A stretch of DNA of 64,000 bases. Origin: Candidatus Poribacteria bacterium. Its GTDB lineage: Bacteria; Poribacteria; WGA-4E; WGA-3G. Shown here piece after piece: positions 62,926 through 64,000 of the stretch. Under the pieces are notes generated by a model that ran no database searches, was not told the DNA's origin, and saw only the letters and a program-made list of their open reading frames with translations. Every line of letters starts with the position of its first letter. Position 1 is the first letter of the stretch. The translations under genes and the position numbers were made by a program. The stretch is from assembly GCA_965198235.1 (NCBI GenBank), contig OZ240248.1, forward strand, positions 2,016,001 through 2,080,000, written 5' to 3'.

Positions 62926-63495
62926 TTATTCAAAAAGTTCTGCCACTTGACAAGAAAATCCTTTGATGATGTCTTCACCGGTGAGGGTGTCATTCCGTGT
63001 GAGCAATGTGATGTCTACCTCTGAACGGTAGACTGTTACTGTTTTGGATCGGGGTTTAAGTACCCATACCAGTCGTGTGCCCGCCTCAAGGTAAGCGAAT
63101 GCCTTTTCCTCAATCTGGCGCGATACATCTGTTGGAGAAATGACTTCAACGGCGAGATCTGGCGCGATAGGAGATGCTTTGCTGAGGTCATCAGGTATCC
63201 GTGCGTTTGAAAGAAACGCAATATCTGGCATTAGTACACGTTCGCCCACTCGGAAGCCTGTGTCCGGCATATAGACACTCCCCAACTGATTTTCGCGAAC
63301 GTACAAACCTAACGGTAAAAACAAGTTCGTAGTAATATTACCGTGTTCCAATGAGGTTGGTGGCACTGGTATTAATTCTCCCTTAACGTATTCATATCCC
63401 TCTAAATCGCTTTCAAGGAATTCCTCCAATGTCATTGTAGAGGTTTCAGGGGAGAGTCCTTCTTGTGAGAATTGGCGACCTTCTTGTGCATTCAT
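62926..63495 (-). CDS. Uma2-family endonuclease, paralog of 15919-16485
   Basis: YEYVKGELI, PDIAF, APDLAVEVISP; both end GFSC.VA.LFE. Confidence 0.9.
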   Translation of the reverse strand: MNAQEGRQFSQEGLSPETSTMTLEEFLESDLEGYEYVKGELIPVPPTSLEHGNITTNLFLPLGLYVRENQLGSVYMPDTGFRVGERVLMPDIAFLSNARIPDDLSKASPIAPDLAVEVISPTDVSRQIEEKAFAYLEAGTRLVWVLKPRSKTVTVYRSEVDITLLTRNDTLTGEDIIKGFSCQVAELFE

Positions 63496-63812
63496 TATTC
63501 TTACCCCTTTGCAATGTGCTTGTCAGGCATCCTTTCCTACACTGCTCTGATAGTTTACCCTAATATTCTTATAGCATCCGACCGCTTCTCTACCACCTCA
63601 AAGGCTGTAGTTGTGCACGCGAGGTAGGCGCGCTTATATAAAAATTAAAAATAAGTTGGATAATTTCATAGAGACGACCGGTGCGGTTACATGAAGTTTA
63701 ATAAAATATTTCGGTAATTTCCTAACGATGTCCGGTGCGGGAAATCCGCAGAAATACCCAAGCAAAAACCCCTATCAAAAACCCCGCACCTACCAAGGGG
63801 TGAGGACACCTA

Positions 63813-64000
63813 CTAAGACTTCGCCGGTTCGGTGCATTGGGGTGCTGCGCCTTCTGGGAGGGGTGGTGCGTCAACACCGGCTTTTGGGAGTGTGCCAGCG
63901 AGTTCTTGTTTCCAATGCGCCACATCGCCCGCGGGTCCATAACAGTAAACCATCTTCATGGGTGTGTCGCTGGTGTTCGTCAATTGGTGGAAGACCCACG
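63813..64000 (-). CDS. Cupin-domain protein, 3' part (5' end outside the window), paralog of 62430-62876
   Basis: WVFHQLTNTSDTPMKMVYCYGPAGDVAHWKQELAGTLPKAGVDAPPLPEGAAPQCTEPAKS*. Confidence 0.8.
   Translation of the reverse strand, partial: WVFHQLTNTSDTPMKMVYCYGPAGDVAHWKQELAGTLPKAGVDAPPLPEGAAPQCTEPAKS

Overview
Bacterial window whose gene content suggests Candidatus Poribacteria, a sponge symbiont. This is inference from PhyH dioxygenases, four Uma2 nucleases, CRTAC1/ASPIC plus TPR proteins, TolB-like and LamG proteins ending in a shared LTTTWGxxK tail, an ECF sigma/beta-propeller fusion and an EutN shell protein. The window holds a tetrapyrrole cluster (cobA-hemD, hemC, hemA, ccsA, cysG-like, hemL, hemB), thiO, ygfA, rtcB, an IS982 copy with a perfect 10-bp target-site duplication, a TnpA-less tnpB element and a Phd-HNH-NACHT cluster. 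Intergenic DNA is dense in REP-like palindromes. The most unusual observations are: (1) a variable-length, stuttering A/C-rich oligomer (GAAATCCGCAGAAAYACCCAAGCAAAAAC...) found inside several different repeat families, with empty and filled alleles both present; (2) a perfect sigma-54 promoter driving a ~135-nt long-stem RNA candidate just downstream of rtcB; (3) REP palindromes read in frame inside three proteins; (4) a pseudoknot-like 5' leader on tnpB; (5) a probable lineage-specific C-terminal sorting signal. All calls come from reading the sequence only; no database searches were run.
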